Shown here piece after piece: positions 39,200 through 52,884 of a stretch of 57,764 bases of DNA; the stretch's first letter is position 1, and each line of letters begins with the position of its first letter. Both the position numbers and the translations under genes were made by a program. The notes beneath the pieces were generated by a model. That model made no database searches, was not told where the DNA came from, and was given only the letters and a program-made list of their open reading frames with translations. This stretch comes from Chara braunii (lineage: Eukaryota; Plantae; Charophyceae), in the NCBI GenBank assembly GCA_003427395.1, contig BFEA01000028.1, forward strand, positions 4,672,045 through 4,729,808, in the 5' to 3' direction.

Positions 39200-40460
39200 A
39201 CACGTTTTAGGTACATTTTATGACCGAATTCATCATAGGATGAAACGGTTACAAAATGCATTGATTTTCTTGATTTTCGAAGAAAAAATCAAGATAAGTC
39301 AGAAAGGAAGTAGGTCGTGATGCATCGGATCACAAAAAGTAAAGCAAACACATGTTTCAAGTATATTCGAAGTCAATATTGAGTCTGGATGCACTTGGGG
39401 ATGTGCCCCTTCATTTTGTTTCAGTCTGAGGCAAGTGGGGGGGCAATGGGACTAGGAAAAATGCCATCATTGCACTCCGAGATTTAACAGGTTGCAAGGG
39501 AGTGTCAAGGTTACGAGAAAATGAGCCTTGACGGTCGTAAGGCACTAGAATGAGAGCCTAAAGTGTGAGGACCAAATTATGACAATGAACGGCGACCACG
39601 AGATCAAAATTACGCGGCTAAGAATATTTGGCACACTTGAGACACATGGGGAGGAGGAAATTAAGAGTTCTAGGGACAAAGGATTCCCAAATAAAATTGG
39701 GATGACGTGGAGAGTAGTGTCGGGGACCACGTGGGTTCAAATAAAAATAATCACAAATTGGCATCGGGACCGGCAGGACCCGACGCGGGCTGGTGGGGCT
39801 AGTGTCGGGAATTAGTATGAGAAAGTGTCAGGGACTTGAGATGTCCCAAGAGAACTATGGGGCGTCATGAAGAATGAATAATCAAAGAGAGATGCATCGT
39901 CGACGGCATGATCTAACGACTCGAAATATTAGCACCACTAGTACAAACATTAGTTGGATCAAGTGAGAGAGTCGTAAAAGGCAAAGAAAGGACGAAATAA
40001 GGAAGAGGGATGTAGACTGGAGTTCAAGATATCTCGGACCAGCCGACTAGAGAAACAAGACATTTGAGAGACTCTGTGAGGGAAATAAGTTACCAAGGGA
40101 AAATCGGAGCAAAGAGGGTCATAGTTTGGAGTTAACAGTGAAAAAATGAGGCTCCCAGGAGTAGGGGGTGCCATAATTGCAGTCCGAGACATAACGGACT
40201 GCCCCTTGAGCATGATCTAGGTCTAAATCGCGATCTAGGGCCTAAAAAAAAGTCTCAACAACTACTTGACACTTGTCATGTTAGAAAATAAAAGAAAAGG
40301 AAAAGAAAAAGAAAAGAAAGAGAAAAAGAAAAGAAAAAGGATGGTAAAAGAGACAAAAGAGGAGGAAAAGGAGGTAGTGAGTTGGCCATCAGAGGAGACT
40401 GGCACAGTAGAGGCGAGCAAGTCTCTACTATTCAAATATTGTGGGGGAATTTGACATATT
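39200..40460 (+). repeat. Diverged 1.2-kb direct repeat, copy 1 (retroelement-like non-coding DNA)
   Basis: Shares ATTCATCATAGG, ACATGTTTCAAGTA, GAATATTTGGCACACTTGA, AAAATCGGAGCAAA and TACTTGACACTTGTCA, in order, with 41395-42560. Confidence 0.85.
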
Positions 40461-40779
40461 GATTGTACAAATGACTAGTTCATTAGATGACTCAAATAGT
40501 CGCCCCAAAAATAAGAAATAAAATAGACACAAGGTAAACTCGTATATCAAAACGACTTCTGACATCATTAAAAGGGATAGGGGTCAAAACTTCAATCTGA
40601 TTTGCACAGACTTACTGAAGTGCCCTCTGAACCTTGTGAAATACTTGTTCATTACAGGACTGACTAACTCTATTTGCTTTGAGTTCGCTTACCTATTTGG
40701 CGGGGTTTCACTAGATCAAGTGACCAGTTTCCCCCGTGGACTTCCAGACAACCTAAGGACACAAAGTGGGCGAAGCCGA

Positions 40780-41070
40780 AGGCCTGACTTTAGTGGCAAG
40801 AAGAGAATTGGATCTTGACACGGAAACTCCCCGTCGAAGACTCAGCGGCGAGGCGATCGTAAGAGCTTCCGCTCTTCAAACGACAAAAAACCGGCAACCG
40901 ACGAACCCTATGAAAAACTTCATCAGATCCAATGGATCCGGGTTTCAAAAAAGTCTTCTATGTAAGATATGCGGATGATTTTGTTGTTATCATAACTGCA
41001 ATATCCACAGCAGATGTTGTCGAGATCAAAAGGTTGGTGACTCAATTTATATCTTAGAATTGAAAGTAGA
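40780..41070 (+). pseudogene. Group II intron-encoded RT/maturase fragment, likely organelle-derived
   Basis: The frame from 40923 reads SDPMDPGFKKVFYVRYADDFVVII...IKRLVTQFI. YVRYADDF is the hallmark RT domain 5 of group II intron proteins. Confidence 0.85.
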
Positions 41071-41394
41071 CGCAAAGTGAGTGGTTTGCCACTTTCTTTT
41101 TTTCTTTCTTTGTCTCTGTCTCATTAATGAAACAAGTGAGATGCGTTGAATAAACTCTTTGAGGATCCCAAACAGCTCGGCGGTTGCTGGCTAGAGCGAG
41201 CGACCGTATTTTTTTGTGGTTTCCTGCTCATCGAACATTGCTTATATAATATTCACTGTTTGAAGCAACCACTTAAAAAACAAGTACGAATAAGCGTGTA
41301 GTTGTTCCAACAAATGACGACATTTTTCTTTAGAGATCACTCTCTAAGGTGGCCAAAGGAAAAATGACCACTAACGGTAAAAAACAGTCACATG

Positions 41395-42560
41395 GAGGAT
41401 ACATTTGTGACCAGATTCATCATAGGGTGAATTGGTTGCAAGATTTTCTTGAGAAAATCAAAGAGAATCAAAACATTTTGCAATCGAGATACAACGGATT
41501 GCAAGAGGGGAGGAAAACACATGTTTCAAGTACATCCGAAACAAATATTGAACTTGGATGCACTTGGAAATGTGGCATCCCATTTTGTTTCACTTTGGGG
41601 CAAGTGTGGGGGCAATGAGACTAGAAAAATGAGCAACATTGCATTCCGAGAATTAACGGACTCCATCGGGGTGCCAAGGCCAAGGGAAAATGAGCCTTGG
41701 CACGCTCAAGCATGGAGCATGTCGAGGCGGTAAATGGCAACCATGAGAGGAAGATTTTGTGGTCGAGAATATTTGGCACACTTGAAACACATCGATCGGG
41801 GAGATTGAGACTGTCGAGGACTAACCAGTCCAGAATAAAAATGGGACTTCATGAGGAACGATGTCGAGGACTAGATTAACCCAACTAAAAATAGCAAAAA
41901 ATTGGGACATGTGCCGGCAGGACTACCGACTGGACTAGAAAATGAGACTAGCAGGAGATGAGTGATGGGGACTTGAGTTGTCCCAAGGGAACCGTGGGTC
42001 AACATGAGGAATGGGCAAACAAAGCAAGTTGCACCGTCAAGATTCAGATATAGCGGTGAAAATTTATTAGCAACCATTAGTGCAATCACTAGTAAGGCCA
42101 AAGTGATAAGAATTCAGGAAAAAAGAAAGAGAAAAATAAAAAAAGAAGGTCTACCTTGTAGTCCGAGATATCTCAAACTAGCCAAGCAAGAGAAAATACA
42201 GCCTCATGAGGCTCTATGCAGAAAATATGTTGCCAAGGAAAAATCGGAGCAAAAGGGGCAAAAAATTAAGACTAACGGAGGCAAAATGGAACCTCAATAA
42301 GTGTAGGGGCCTCATTATTGTGATCCGAGAAATAACAGGCAATAGCTTGATCTAGATCTAGGTCCATGGCCTAGAAAAATTGTCAACAGTTACTTGACAC
42401 TTGTCACATAAGAAATAAAAGAGAAGAAAAAGAAAAAAAGGAGAGAAAAAGGAGGGGGAATGAAACAAAGGTGGAGGGAAATGAACTGGTCAGTTGGGAC
42501 TGACACAGTAGGGACTGGCAGGTCCCTATTGTGACCTCATATTTTTGGATTTAGTGGGAG
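41395..42560 (+). repeat. Diverged 1.2-kb direct repeat, copy 2
   Basis: Colinear similarity to 39200-40460. Confidence 0.85.
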
Positions 42561-44426
42561 CAAATCCGGAGTGAAGCGATAATGCCCTTAGGGCATTGTA
42601 TCAGCAATATCTGAATTAAAAAGATCAAAATGAGAGAAAAAGCAAAAAGGAGTTGACCGATTTTCTTTTGGACCATAGATCTGAGATCAGATTTCATCGA
42701 AGAGACAATGTGGCCGTTGTTTGTGGGGCCAACTCAAACGGCCAACTTCGGAATGAGTTGGCAGTCAAAAATGGAAAAAAAAAACAAAAGAAAAAAAAAA
42801 TGAAATAGTGCATTTAGGTAAAAACGGAGGCCAGATGCACCAAAAATTGAAAAAGTGAGCAATGGGGTTCAAATCTGAAGCATGGGGCACTTGTAGGAGC
42901 TCAGATTATTCCTAGCCTTGGATCTTAGGCAGATCCAAGACAAAAAATGAACCAAGATACAAGAAAGTATCTCGGCCTGCCCGAAAAAGGGGAGGACTGG
43001 AGAAAATCAAGAAAAAAGTTCATAAGGTTTTTTGTTTTCAAGTAAGGTTGCCCCTTGATTATTTGGACCCAAGGGGCAGCGTTTGAAGATGAAAATGAGG
43101 CATTAGGAGACTCTAGAGGCGGTGCGAGTTGGTACCAACCACTCGGACTGCATGTACTTAGCCAAAAAGAGGATCAGGTACTCCCGGAGAGGCCTACTAG
43201 TGAGAGAGAGTCTTTGGGGTACCTCGGTTCACCATGGAGCACATAAAGAGGCCCATGGGCTGACTGAAGTGTTGTGCCCAACATATTTACGCTGGGGGAG
43301 AAGCCCGCCACTCTCACATTTGCATGAGGCAAGTACATGCTAAAAACATGCTGACCACATGATCTCAAGAGAGCACTACACACAACCGGAGTGAGAGGAG
43401 GGGAACCGTTGTCAGTTTGGGAGCTTGAGGGAGACTCTAGGCTAGTGAGGAGAGCAACTGAGGCTAGTAGAGGTGGTGCTGGCCTAAGGGAGTGATCCAC
43501 CATAGTGCGAGGCCACTGCCTCTATGAGCCCCATAAGGCCCCATTTAGCAGCCCGTCGGCCGCCCTAAATGAAGGCAGGCTCGACGAGGCCCTAAGGGCT
43601 CTATTCTGGCCACCACGCAACTCAGGGAGATTCAGGCAGTTGCGCAACACCAGTTGGTTGAGTGAACCCAGGCCCTGGGCCGCCTGTGTGAATTTATGTG
43701 AAGCAGGCCCTGGGCTGGATACGGGTACTAGGCCAAACACAGGCCAAAGGCGGTTGGACACATACAACCACCTCAGGCCAAAGGCCTGTTTTCGTCGTGC
43801 TGGGCCTCAGGCTACCGGGGCTACTGGAAGCTTCCTGGGACTGGATGCAGGCAGGCCACTTCGATATAGCAAAGGGCCTGCCTCCGTATTCGGCATTCAG
43901 GTGCTGGCTGCATGCTGCGCAAGCGCTGCTGCGCTATTTGTTGGTTGGCGCCTACGCTCTCACGGGCGAGCAGGGAAGGAGCACGCAGCCATAGCCAAGT
44001 TGCGCTGCTGTAAGCTGGGTGAGGCGCAAGGTGGTCCTTGGGTGCTAGTGGCATCTGTGTGTTGGGGAACGAGGTTGTGAGTGTGGCGAGAGACATACCT
44101 GGTGCTGGAAGCGTGCGACGCTGGTCGTTGTTTGCTCGTACTTCGGGAAAGCTGTTGACGTCATCTTTCGGCATCGTAGTGTAGGCTAGATAGGATCTGC
44201 CACATGTAGTCTGGGCGCCGAGCGCCAGACAGGATATCAACTCTGGTTCTTCGTTGATGATGATGGGACTATTTCAGCATTGCCAATTATGAACTCTTGG
44301 TGTGTTCTTATTTGGTGAATCACGTGATGCAATTCTGCTGTTGGTTCGAGGTCGTGACTATCTGGACTCATATCTATGATTTTGTTTGATTGCTGAAGTT
44401 CGCTATTGCTCATCGTCCTTGCAATT

Positions 44427-44437
44427 TGGTATCAAAG
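44427..44437 (+). promoter_or_regulatory. Possible tRNA-iMet primer binding site
   Basis: CA-att-TGGTATCAAAG resembles the plant LTR PBS TGGTATCAGAG (one mismatch) and lies 1.2 kb upstream of gag. No paired LTR confirms it. Confidence 0.3.
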
Positions 44438-45677
44438 TTGTGGTACGTTTGCGATCATCTGGCGCTTGTCTTCTGCCTTATGCGATACATACATGCGGTC
44501 TGCTTGGCGAGTTTGGCCGTAAGTGGTGTGTAGTGAGGAGGGCGGAGACGAGTGTTTGGCGACCCAGGAGGTGAGGGGATCACCAGGAAGGCTACGAAAG
44601 TGTAATGTGGTCTGGACAGTGTGATGAGAACTATCTAATGTGGGATTGATGCTGAGGTGGAACGACGAGTTAATGTTAGTTGTGTTGACTAGTCATCGCA
44701 ATCGCCATCTGGTCATTTGGTGAGATTATCTTTGTGGTTGGGGGCAGCTATTTGAGGTACGTTGCTCTTAACCTTATCTACCCTCTCCGACACTTCTTAC
44801 TGTGAGGTTGTGTGTTCCTTCTTGAGAGTCCTCTCATTGTGAGGTGTCGAGTGCGCTCAACCTTGAGAGTCGGCAATGTTCATGTGGACCATCTGGGAGA
44901 AGATGGGCGGAGCTTTCTGAAGGGCCCTGGACGAAGCACTGGGTCACGGTCACCATGCCAACCCACTGGGAGTAGAGCACGCATGCTTTGTTGCTTGTCC
45001 TCTGTTCGGCTTGCTGCATTGTTAGATGGGTACTGTTGGGCAGGCCAGCCCTTGAGGGAGACGAGACCGGGCGTCTTTAAATAAGCACCGGAAGGGGAAC
45101 CATTGGTTGTGATCGTCGTCCGGCTGCGACGTAAAAGAATTCCTGGAGTCACTTGGGGGCGGACGTTAAATTGCCTCTGGATCAGCTAATGGTTGTAAGG
45201 CTCGTTGCACGTGAGGATAATCCAGTGCAGGGTTGGCCAGCTCAACAGATACTCGGGGCACAGGGGTGGGCCGGACACACACCTTTAGACACGCAACGCC
45301 TTCGGATTGCTTAGGGACGCTGACGTCAAGAGATACTAAGGGGAACTAAGGGTGGGGTTGATTCCAGGTGATAAGTTCGAGAAAATTCCATGCTGTCCTA
45401 TCCACACAAATAATTCTATTTTTATGTTTTGATTAGTTAGGTGTACAACCATTGACATCTGACAGACAACATTAATTAGAACTGCTTCTTGTTCATGATG
45501 CTTCTGTTTGCGGACTAGTCAAACTAAAAATAGTTTTATTTGTAGGAATCTGACTTACCTGTTGACCCAAATGATATCTGTTCCAAAATAGCAACCACCT
45601 AACTAGTTGGTCTGTGCATTGCGCCGCGGTAGGCATCCAGTGTGCATTAGTGTAGATTGTGCACAGTGTTGTAGGTT

Positions 45678-47621
45678 ATGAGCGATAGGGAGGAACAACA
45701 ACCGGATGACCGGATCTTGCGATCAGCAAGGCGCCCGATAGCCCACTTGGCATTAGGACCAGAGGGCGACAAACACCTATTCCGCCAGCTTAGGGAGAGG
45801 CAGCAGCAGCAGAGGTGGGCTAGAGCGGCAGAGGCTAGCAGGGCACTTGTGAGTGAAGCTGCAGCTTCAGAGGTCATGGCCACCTCAGCACAACAGTCTA
45901 CTCAGGCCGGTAGTTCAGGGTCTGTTGGGTCAACGGTCGCTCAGACCCAGAGTCAGTCCACTGGCGTAATGGCGAGCCAGCCGTTAGTGTTGACCACCAA
46001 GGAGATCGCCATACAGGAGGCAGCTCCGAAAGAGGCATAGCTACAACATGCATTAGGACAGATAAAAGCGGAGAAGGATAGAATGATTAGAAGAAGAGTC
46101 AGGATGCAGCGGAGAGAAGCGCACGTTAGTGAGTTAGAGGAGATGGACCTGACGCTTTTGACTCATGATGTGAAGCTCATACGGTCTGTCCTGCTAAGTG
46201 TAGTTGAGATGCAGGACCATCAGACGACCAATCTTCAGGACATCCAGCAAAGTCTGGCCCTGTTGGCTGGTCGTGAGCAGGCAACATTGCCAATGTCCGG
46301 GCCTGGTGCCTGGCCCGTTGTACATTCTCCTCCTTATGTCCCACCGGTGACTGGGGTATCCCCATATGTAGCTCCATCATCGGTTGCCATCGTTTCCCTG
46401 GGCATGCCGCTAACAGGAGGGGTATCAGCAGGAACTAGTTTGCAGGTTCCTGTACAAACAGTGTACACCTAATCTCCATTGCAGGTTGCGGTCACCACGC
46501 AGCCCGCTGTCTCGCAGTCTGTGCAGCCGCAGGGCACACAGCCCCAGCAGCTAGCACAGCAACCTGTGTCACAGGGTCCACAGACCGTCGTGATGCAGGG
46601 ACCGGGACAAACACGGTGGGTTCCAAAGACGGCCATCGCCGCTCCGAAACCCTTCACAGGGGACAAGAGAGGCGAAGACCTCGAAACATGGTTGAGGTCT
46701 GTGCCAGTCAATGTCAGGTGTAAACTTACCTTGCTGCACGAAGAAGTGTTTGTGGCTGCTTCCTACCTAGAGGGTAGCGCAGCAAGATGGTTGAGCGGTT
46801 TAGTGCAGCTCCAGGGGTACGGTCATGACTTCCGCGCTTGGGCGGTCACCCAGAAATTGGAGGACTTCCTGAAGATGGTGGAGGAGAGGTGGCATGATCC
46901 TCAAGAGGCCCAAAGGGCCACTGACGCGATCCTGACACTGCACACATGGCAGTTTAAGTCAGTAAGGGAAGCCACCGACGTTGTTGAGCGTCTAATCTTT
47001 AGTCCAGGGGTGCGCTATGACCCCCAGGTTCTGCTTACCCCGTACTTGAGATGCTTTTCTCAGCCTCTCAGGAACCAGTTGGCAAGTCAGGCCAACATCA
47101 ATATGCACAACGACCTTGAGGCGAAGATAGGGCATGGACAGACACCCACTACGGATGGTAGGAGGAAGACACTGCCTCCTAACTGGAAGGCGAATGGCCG
47201 CATTGTGTTTGTCGACAACGATGGTTCAACCATCGAGTTAGACGAACACTTCCAGGAAGGAGTAGGCTCAGAGGCAGGTAGCGCAGAAGCTTCAGAGGGT
47301 GGAGTAGTCGTTGTCGTTGCTCAGAAAGGTAAGGTGACCGGTAGAAGCCGCGAAAGCTCCCGGTGAAGGAGTCAAGTTGACCCCAACGCTCCTCCATGGG
47401 AGAAAGCGGGTCTCACTGAGGACGTGTGGAGAGACCGGTACTCACGACAGACCTGTATATGTTGTGGCCAATATGGCCATAGCCAGTACAAGTGTCGCAA
47501 CAAGAAGGTAACCGAAAAGATCTCACCTACGATGGGGCAGGTGTTGGGGTCCTCTCATCCCGTCGGTAGCAATGTTGCCAGTACTTCAAGCAGTGCTCCG
47601 GGAAACACGTCGGGCCAGTAG
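45678..47621 (+). pseudogene. gag: Ty3/gypsy gag, with stops and a frameshift
   Basis: Retrotransposon gag-like PKPFTGDK...DLETWL...AASYLEGSAARW and a CCHC knuckle CICCGQYGHSQYKC at about 47454-47495. Confidence 0.85.
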
Positions 47622-47799
47622 GAATTGTAGTTGTTCCTTCTAGGGTCGAGGTGGTAGAGACACCCTCACCATCTCGAGAGATGGCCCAAGCTACTGACTC
47701 CAGTGTCGTCCTGCAAACACGTTCAGACCCATCGAGCCTCTGTTCGATGAATGTGTTTGAATCCTTAGAGGAGCTAGAGGTGGAGTGGTCTAGATCAGA

Positions 47800-48205
47800 C
47801 CCGCTAGGAGCACGGGATTTCCCGCAAACTCATGGCCCAATACTTTGGACCCTGGGAAGTCTTGGACATCGTTGGGAGAGATCCGGATGGGCCATCTTAC
47901 GTTATCCGGATCCCTGGTCATCTCCGCACTTACCCTGTCTTTCACGCCTCCAAGCTTGCACCTTTCAAGGAAACAGATGAGTTTCCTTCTCGTCGCTCAA
48001 TGCTGCCCCCAACCATCAATGGAGAAGTGGACATCGATGACATCGTGGATCACAGGGAGCTGCCAACTCAGAGACCTGCAGGAAGGGGACGTCCTCCGAA
48101 ACCGAAGCTGCAGTACCGCGTTCGGTTCAGACATCATACTGATCCAAAGTAGGACCGTTGGTTCACGAGGGAAGAACTCATGCAGACCGCTCCTCAAGTT
48201 GTAGC
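47800..48205 (+). pseudogene. Integrase C-terminal GPY/F module and chromodomain of a chromovirus-type element
   Basis: KLMAQYFGPWEV...YVIRIPGHLRTYPVFHASKLAPF followed by IDDIVDHR...LQYRVRF...*DRWFTREEL. Confidence 0.85.
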
Positions 48206-48309
48206 CCTTTACTCTCTTTCCTTTTTTTCCTTCCCCCTTTTTTTCTCTTTATGATTAACATCCCCATCATGGGAAGGATAAGATGTAGTTCCTCCACTAA
48301 AGCTTGCCT

Positions 48310-49087
48310 CTATTTTGACCATTTTTTCACTACCATGTAAATCGCTATTTTGGTTTTTGCTCATACTAGCCTTGTGCATATGTTTTGTCTCTCTTTTTTC
48401 CAAATTTTGATCAATTTTTCACTTGGAAGTAAATCGCAACTTTGATTTTTTCCTTTTTCTAGTGTAGTATGATTCATCTCTCTAGTTTTGTCTATTTTTC
48501 CACAACCATGTAAATCGTTACTTTGGTTCTGGCTCATACTAGCCTTGTGCATGTGTTTTGTCTCTCTTTTCTCTAAGTTTTGATCAATTTTCCAGTTGGA
48601 AGTAACTCACAACTTTGATTATTGCCCTTTTTTAGTGTTGTGTGCTTCATCTCTCTTGTTTTGTCTATTCTTCCGCTACTATGTGAATCACTACTTTGGT
48701 TTTTGCTCATACTATCCTTGTGCATGTGTTTTTTCTCTCTTTTCTCCAAGTTTTTATAAACCTTCCACTTGGAAGTAAATCGCAACTTTGATTCTTGCCT
48801 TTTTTCTAGTGCAGTGTGCTTCATCTCTCTTGTTTTGTCAATTCTTCCACTACTATGTGAATCGCTACTTTTGTTCTTGCTCATACTAGCCTTGTGCATA
48901 TGTTTTGTCTCTCTTTTCTCCAAGTTTTGATCAATTTTCCACTTGGAAGTAAATCGCAACTTTGATTCTTGCCTTTTTTAGTGTAGTGTGTTTCATCTTT
49001 TTTGTTTAGTCCATTCTTCCACTACTATGCGAATCGCTACTTTGGTTTTTGCTCATACTGACTTTGTGCATGTGTTTTGTCTCTCTT
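48310..49087. repeat. Tandem satellite, unit about 173 bp, about 4.5 copies
   Basis: GCTCATACT recurs at about 48359, 48532, 48705, 48879 and 49051 with conserved flanks. Confidence 0.95.
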
Positions 49088-49089
49088 CC

Positions 49090-49890
49090 CGCCATGAGTT
49101 GATGAATCCTTCACTTGGTGATTTTCCACTTCACTCTTAGTTGCTTCACTAATCATGTGTAAGTGTCTTGTCTAGTCTCACTCATGATTTGATTTATCCT
49201 TCACTTGGTGATGTTCTGCTTCACACTTAGTTGCTTCACTAGTCCTGTGCAAGTGTTGTGTCTAGTGTCACTCATGCATTTTGTCAACCCTTCACTTGGT
49301 GGTGATCTGGGTCACTCTTGGTTGCTTTACTACTCATGTGCAAGTGTCTTGTATAGTCTCACTCGTGATTTGATCAATCCTTCACGTTGTGATGTTCCGC
49401 CTTACTCATTAGTTGCTTCACTAGTCGTAAGAAAGGGGTGTTTTGTTTAGTATCACTCATGCATATTGTCAGACCTTCACCTGGTGGTGATCCGATTCAG
49501 TCTTGGTTGCTTCACTAGTCATGTGCAAGCGTCTTGTCTAGTCTCACTCATGATTTGATCAATCTTTCACTCGGTGATGTTCCACTTCACTCATTAGTTG
49601 CGTCACTAGTCATGTCCAAGTGTTTTGTCTAATATCGCTCATGCATATTGTCAGCCCTTCATTTGGTAATGAGCCAATTCACTCTTGGTTGCTTCACTAG
49701 TCATGTGCAAGTGTCTTATCTAGTCTCAATCATCCATTTTGTCAATCCTTCATTTGGTGATGTTCCGCTTCACCTTTGGTTGCTCCGCTAGTTATGTGCA
49801 AATGTTTTATCTTACTTTCACACTTGTGTTTTGTAAGTCTCTCACTCGGTGATGATCCGCCTCGATCTTGAATGCTTCCACTAGTCATAT
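49090..49890. repeat. Tandem satellite, unit about 91 bp, about 9 copies
   Basis: CCTTCACTTGGTG...GTTGCTTCACTAGTCATGTGCAAGTG recurs every 90-95 bp. Confidence 0.95.
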
Positions 49891-52203
49891 GTATTTGGTA
49901 AGACTGTGTGCTTGTAACAGTTCGCCCCTTGTGCTCTATTTGAACACCGCTTCACCCCCCCCCCCCGCTCTATTTAAACACTGTTTCTCTCCTTCTCGTA
50001 ACAAGTGTCAGGAATCGTCGTTCTTATAGGCCTAAGTTCCCATTACCTACCCTCCTCGTGTTCTAGTTGAATCCCCTATAATCCAACTCTAGACTAACCA
50101 AAATCATGCTTCTTCTAATCAAAAGGTCGACGGTGCAAACCAGAAAGGAGTAGGTAAAAGGTGGTGGTTGCTGTTACTGCTGCTACTGCTAATAATGATG
50201 GGACTGCTGCTGCTGAAAATCGTTGTCCGGTCCCTGACCAAAAGTAGTTCCGAAAATGTCAACTAACCGGTGCGACCCTGGGTGTCGAAAATCAACCCCG
50301 CCAAGCAAAGGGGTATGGGGGTTGAGACTTGATAGGCCCCACGTCCTAGGCATAGGTAGATGGCCTGCAAAGTCCCCAGGCCATCTGAGTCCATTTTCCC
50401 ACAAAACAGAAAATGGACAAAACAGAAAATGGACTTCGCCGAACTATTCGCTTGCAACCTCGAGCAACGCCCGAAAATGGGAATGAGCCCCAACTTTAGG
50501 AGGGTCATTAGTAGGGTATATAATGAGGGTCTGTGAAGTTATGGACCTATCTGACGTCGTTTGGGTCAGCAAACACAAATCTAAGTTTTTCGGCTCCCCC
50601 TCCTCTAAAAATATCGACAAAAACATAAATCTAAGAAATCTAAGTTTTTCACTGTCGAGCGCATCGGTCCGGCACCACATGAGGCAGCGCGGGACCCTCC
50701 CGACCGCGTCACACAGGAGTTGGTTTTAATTCCTCATCGCAAATACACATGGAGCTTCTGCAAGCCGCTTCGGCCGAGTGCGCCAGCCATACCTCCCGCG
50801 AGCCCCTACGACAGGATAGGGCCTACGCGAGGCGCGACTTACCTCCACCTTACGGGAGTTGTCATCTCCCTTCGGTGGGCGTATCCCCGCCGAGCTACTA
50901 TTTCACAATACGAAAGGTGATCAGTTGCAATCGCAGAGGTAGACCAGCCGAGGGCGTTTCTCGTCCGCTGTAGCATAGGGGGTACGCGCGGTAGTACGCC
51001 TCTATCGGACCCGCACGCGAACCGACAATTTGGGGGGCTGAGGTCCCAAGCGCGACTCGGCGTCGGTCGACTAGGATGTATCCCACTCACCACACATACA
51101 CCACACTACGAACACAAAAATAAAACACACACACACCTCAAACAACGCGACGACACTCCTAGTCCCTTAGTAGCCATCCTATAACTTTCCGATGCGGAAA
51201 TCCGATAGGCGACATGCACGAGACTTAGTATTAAACCGCGCGGGCGCAGGGCCTACTCATATCGACTAGCAATGCAAACGTACGCAAGCAGTCGCAATGA
51301 TGGCGTACTATGTAGTACCCATACTCACGCGGTCCTCGTTAATCTCGAGGGTCGCATTCGACACTCAAGTGTCGGCTGACACGCGCCTTGAGGGTTAATC
51401 TCTCGACGCTGGACAACCGCCAAGTGCGGTTGAGAACCACACCCTCTTCTGCACCTTGCGGAGAGTGGGTGGTACACAGGTTCATACCTGTGGTGGCAAT
51501 TGTCTCTTATCGTCCTGGAGACCAGCTCCGTCATCTAGGGCCTGAAGGGAAGTCAGGGGTTTGACTTTGACGGCTGCCACGGACTAAAATGTCCAACTAT
51601 AAGATTCTAAAAAGCAAAGAATAAAAGAGGGTCTTCTTTTTCTCTCAAGCCATAATCTGGTTAACCCTTGCGCACGATCACAGTAAGTCGCGCACATACC
51701 CTAGGCACATATAAATATATACATAAGGTTTATTTATATAGGACGATCACTTCTCACAGTCACAGTGGGACTCCTCTCATCCATATATCTATGTAATCAC
51801 AGGCAGTCACATCCAGAGTCCGAACCACAAACATACCTGCAATCACATCAAAGATCCAACAAAAGTCCATGCACTACACAGGGTCAACTTCAACCATTCT
51901 CTACACTCATACCCCTTGCTTTAGCCATACAAACGACCTGTTATCAGTGATAACAGAAGATGATCCTCGTAGGATTAAGCTGAAACTAGTCCAAATCCTG
52001 AATCAATCGATCAAGAAAACCTGTAACACAAGACAGGTCAATCCCCAAGGTAAAATCATAAGTGTATGGACAATACAACTCCATAACACATTCTCATTCA
52101 AAATCTCCCTATAAGCTAAGCCTAAGTCCACCTCTAAGCCAATGCCTAAGCAAAGGTAGTCCAACTACAGAATCTTCCCTATTCAAGGTGGATCGCCAGA
52201 ATC

Positions 52204-52271
52204 GCCATCTGTCAAAATATAATCTAAATATAATCTAGCCATCTGTCAAAATATAATCTAAATGTAATCTA
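52204..52271. repeat. 34-bp tandem duplication
   Basis: GCCATCTGTCAAAATATAATCTAAATRTAATCTA x2. Confidence 0.9.
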
Positions 52272-52884
52272 TCTCCTTTAAACTAAGAAAATTTCGGCAG
52301 CGCTTCCCGTAGGAAAAATGCCTTTTCAGAATTTATATCAGCCTGAATATGAAAACAGAAGTAGTCTTTAACTTTCTAAAGTCCAATTTTGTCAACTCCC
52401 TGAGTTAGCAAAAATTTGGGCAGCACTCACTTTATAAAAGGAGACTTCCCAGATTTCTACTAAGCCATATATGTAAATTAGACAAATTGAACTTTGAAAA
52501 GTCAAAATTTGACTAACTCCTTGGATTTGTAGAAATTTCGGCAGCGCTTCCCGTAGAGAAAGTAGCTTACCAAAATTTATACAAAGACAAGTATAACAAA
52601 AAAATCCCAGAGAATGCGAGAATTGATCTAAGTAAAAAAAAAAACTTAGCTCAGAAAATGCAGAAATTGACCTAACTCTTATCGCTCTAGCACGTGGCGA
52701 GCAACTAAAGAAACTACCTGTCAAACTGAAATTCAAACTAAGTAGTAGCCTCACTCAGTCACATGCAGGCCAAGCCACAAAGGTAAGTACTCTCACCATC
52801 CCCAAGTCAACTTGGCAGACAATAGTTCATAGTTTTTCAATGATTTAACCCTTTATACCCAGCTTACATAAGGCATAAGGCCAA

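Noticed and set aside
39200-42560. The two 1.2-kb repeats as paired LTRs of an intact element
   Set aside because: No clear TG...CA ends, TSD, PBS or PPT were found and the copies are strongly diverged.
48361-48959. Repetitive ORFs (MHKASMSKNQ...)
   Set aside because: Translations of the 173-bp satellite.
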